NCBI RefSeq assembly: GCF_001194135.2
Contig: NC_068983.1
Location: forward strand, 111,879,822 to 111,943,821
Reading direction: 5' to 3'
Length of the DNA: 64,000 nt
Origin: Octopus bimaculoides
Taxonomy: Eukaryota
The notes beneath the pieces were generated by a model. That model did not search any database and was not told where the DNA came from. It saw only the letters and a program-made list of their open reading frames with translations. A program made the translations under genes and the position numbers. This document shows, piece after piece, positions 63,500 through 64,000 of the stretch. Position 1 is the first letter of the stretch. Every line of letters begins with the position of its first letter.

Positions 63500-64000
63500 T
63501 CTTAGAAGAGAGCAAATTATTTTATCAAGCATTCCTTGACATGGAATAGATTTTTGACAGGGTATCATGTTATTTAGTCTAGTGGTTACTATATAAACTA
63601 AATGAAGAAAAATGGTTTGTGAAAGACATGCAAGCCATTGAAAGAGATACTGTCAGCAGGTTTAGAGTTCGCTTTGAACTCAGAATTGAATTTAGAGGAA
63701 AGCTGATATTTATCAGAGCTTGGCTCTTAGCGTCCTACTGTTTATTATAATTCTCCAGGCCATGAGAGAAATGTTAAAGAGTGATTGTAGATGGGGACTT
63801 TTATATGCTAATGACCTGGTTCTCACAAGTGAATTTGTTAAAGAATTAGAGAAGCAGCTCCAAATATTTATGCAAAGCCAAAAATTGAGAGGTATTGAAT
63901 TAAATTTTGTGAGGCAAAAGTATTAGTCACCAGGAAAGAAGACAAATTTATATTAACATCCTGGAAGGGTCTTGTCTGATATGCAGAAATGGACAACAGT
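63500..64000 (+). pseudogene. Decayed RTE-clade LINE reverse transcriptase fragment, continuing past the window end
   Basis: FDRV at about 63553 and LLFIIILQAMREMLKSDCRWGLLYANDLVL, with YADD changed to YAND at 63803-63814. Frameshifted. Confidence 0.85.

Overview
AT-rich, gap-riddled eukaryotic non-coding DNA with 15 N-gaps totalling about 5.2 kb, mostly flanked by (TA)n/(CA)n microsatellites. The repeat families (RTE-LINE 3' ends with (GAT)n tails, tRNA-headed SINEs with an internal (TG)n, Nin/Deu-domain SINEs, Penelope-like termini) suggest an octopus (coleoid cephalopod) short-read assembly. That assignment is my inference from recognising the repeats, not a database result. I found no host-gene exon I can support, and almost all ORFs in the track are microsatellite, gap or transposon artefacts. 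The window is a graveyard of decayed transposons: several Tc1/mariner copies and MITEs, a Tigger derivative, a pogo-type element, two hAT remnants, a Gypsy remnant, Penelope-like fragments, RTE fragments and Helitron 3' ends. The features most worth a second look are: (1) a near-canonical minimal type-I hammerhead ribozyme motif at 6994-7034 on the minus strand, plus several more decayed hammerhead-like Penelope termini; (2) a near-perfect inverted duplication of a Helitron 3' end together with its flank at 27192-27812; (3) three unrelated 380-680 bp fold-back palindromes and inverted SINE pairs that would form long dsRNA if transcribed. I see no firm evidence of a new multi-gene system. Coordinates of decayed elements are approximate and were read by eye.
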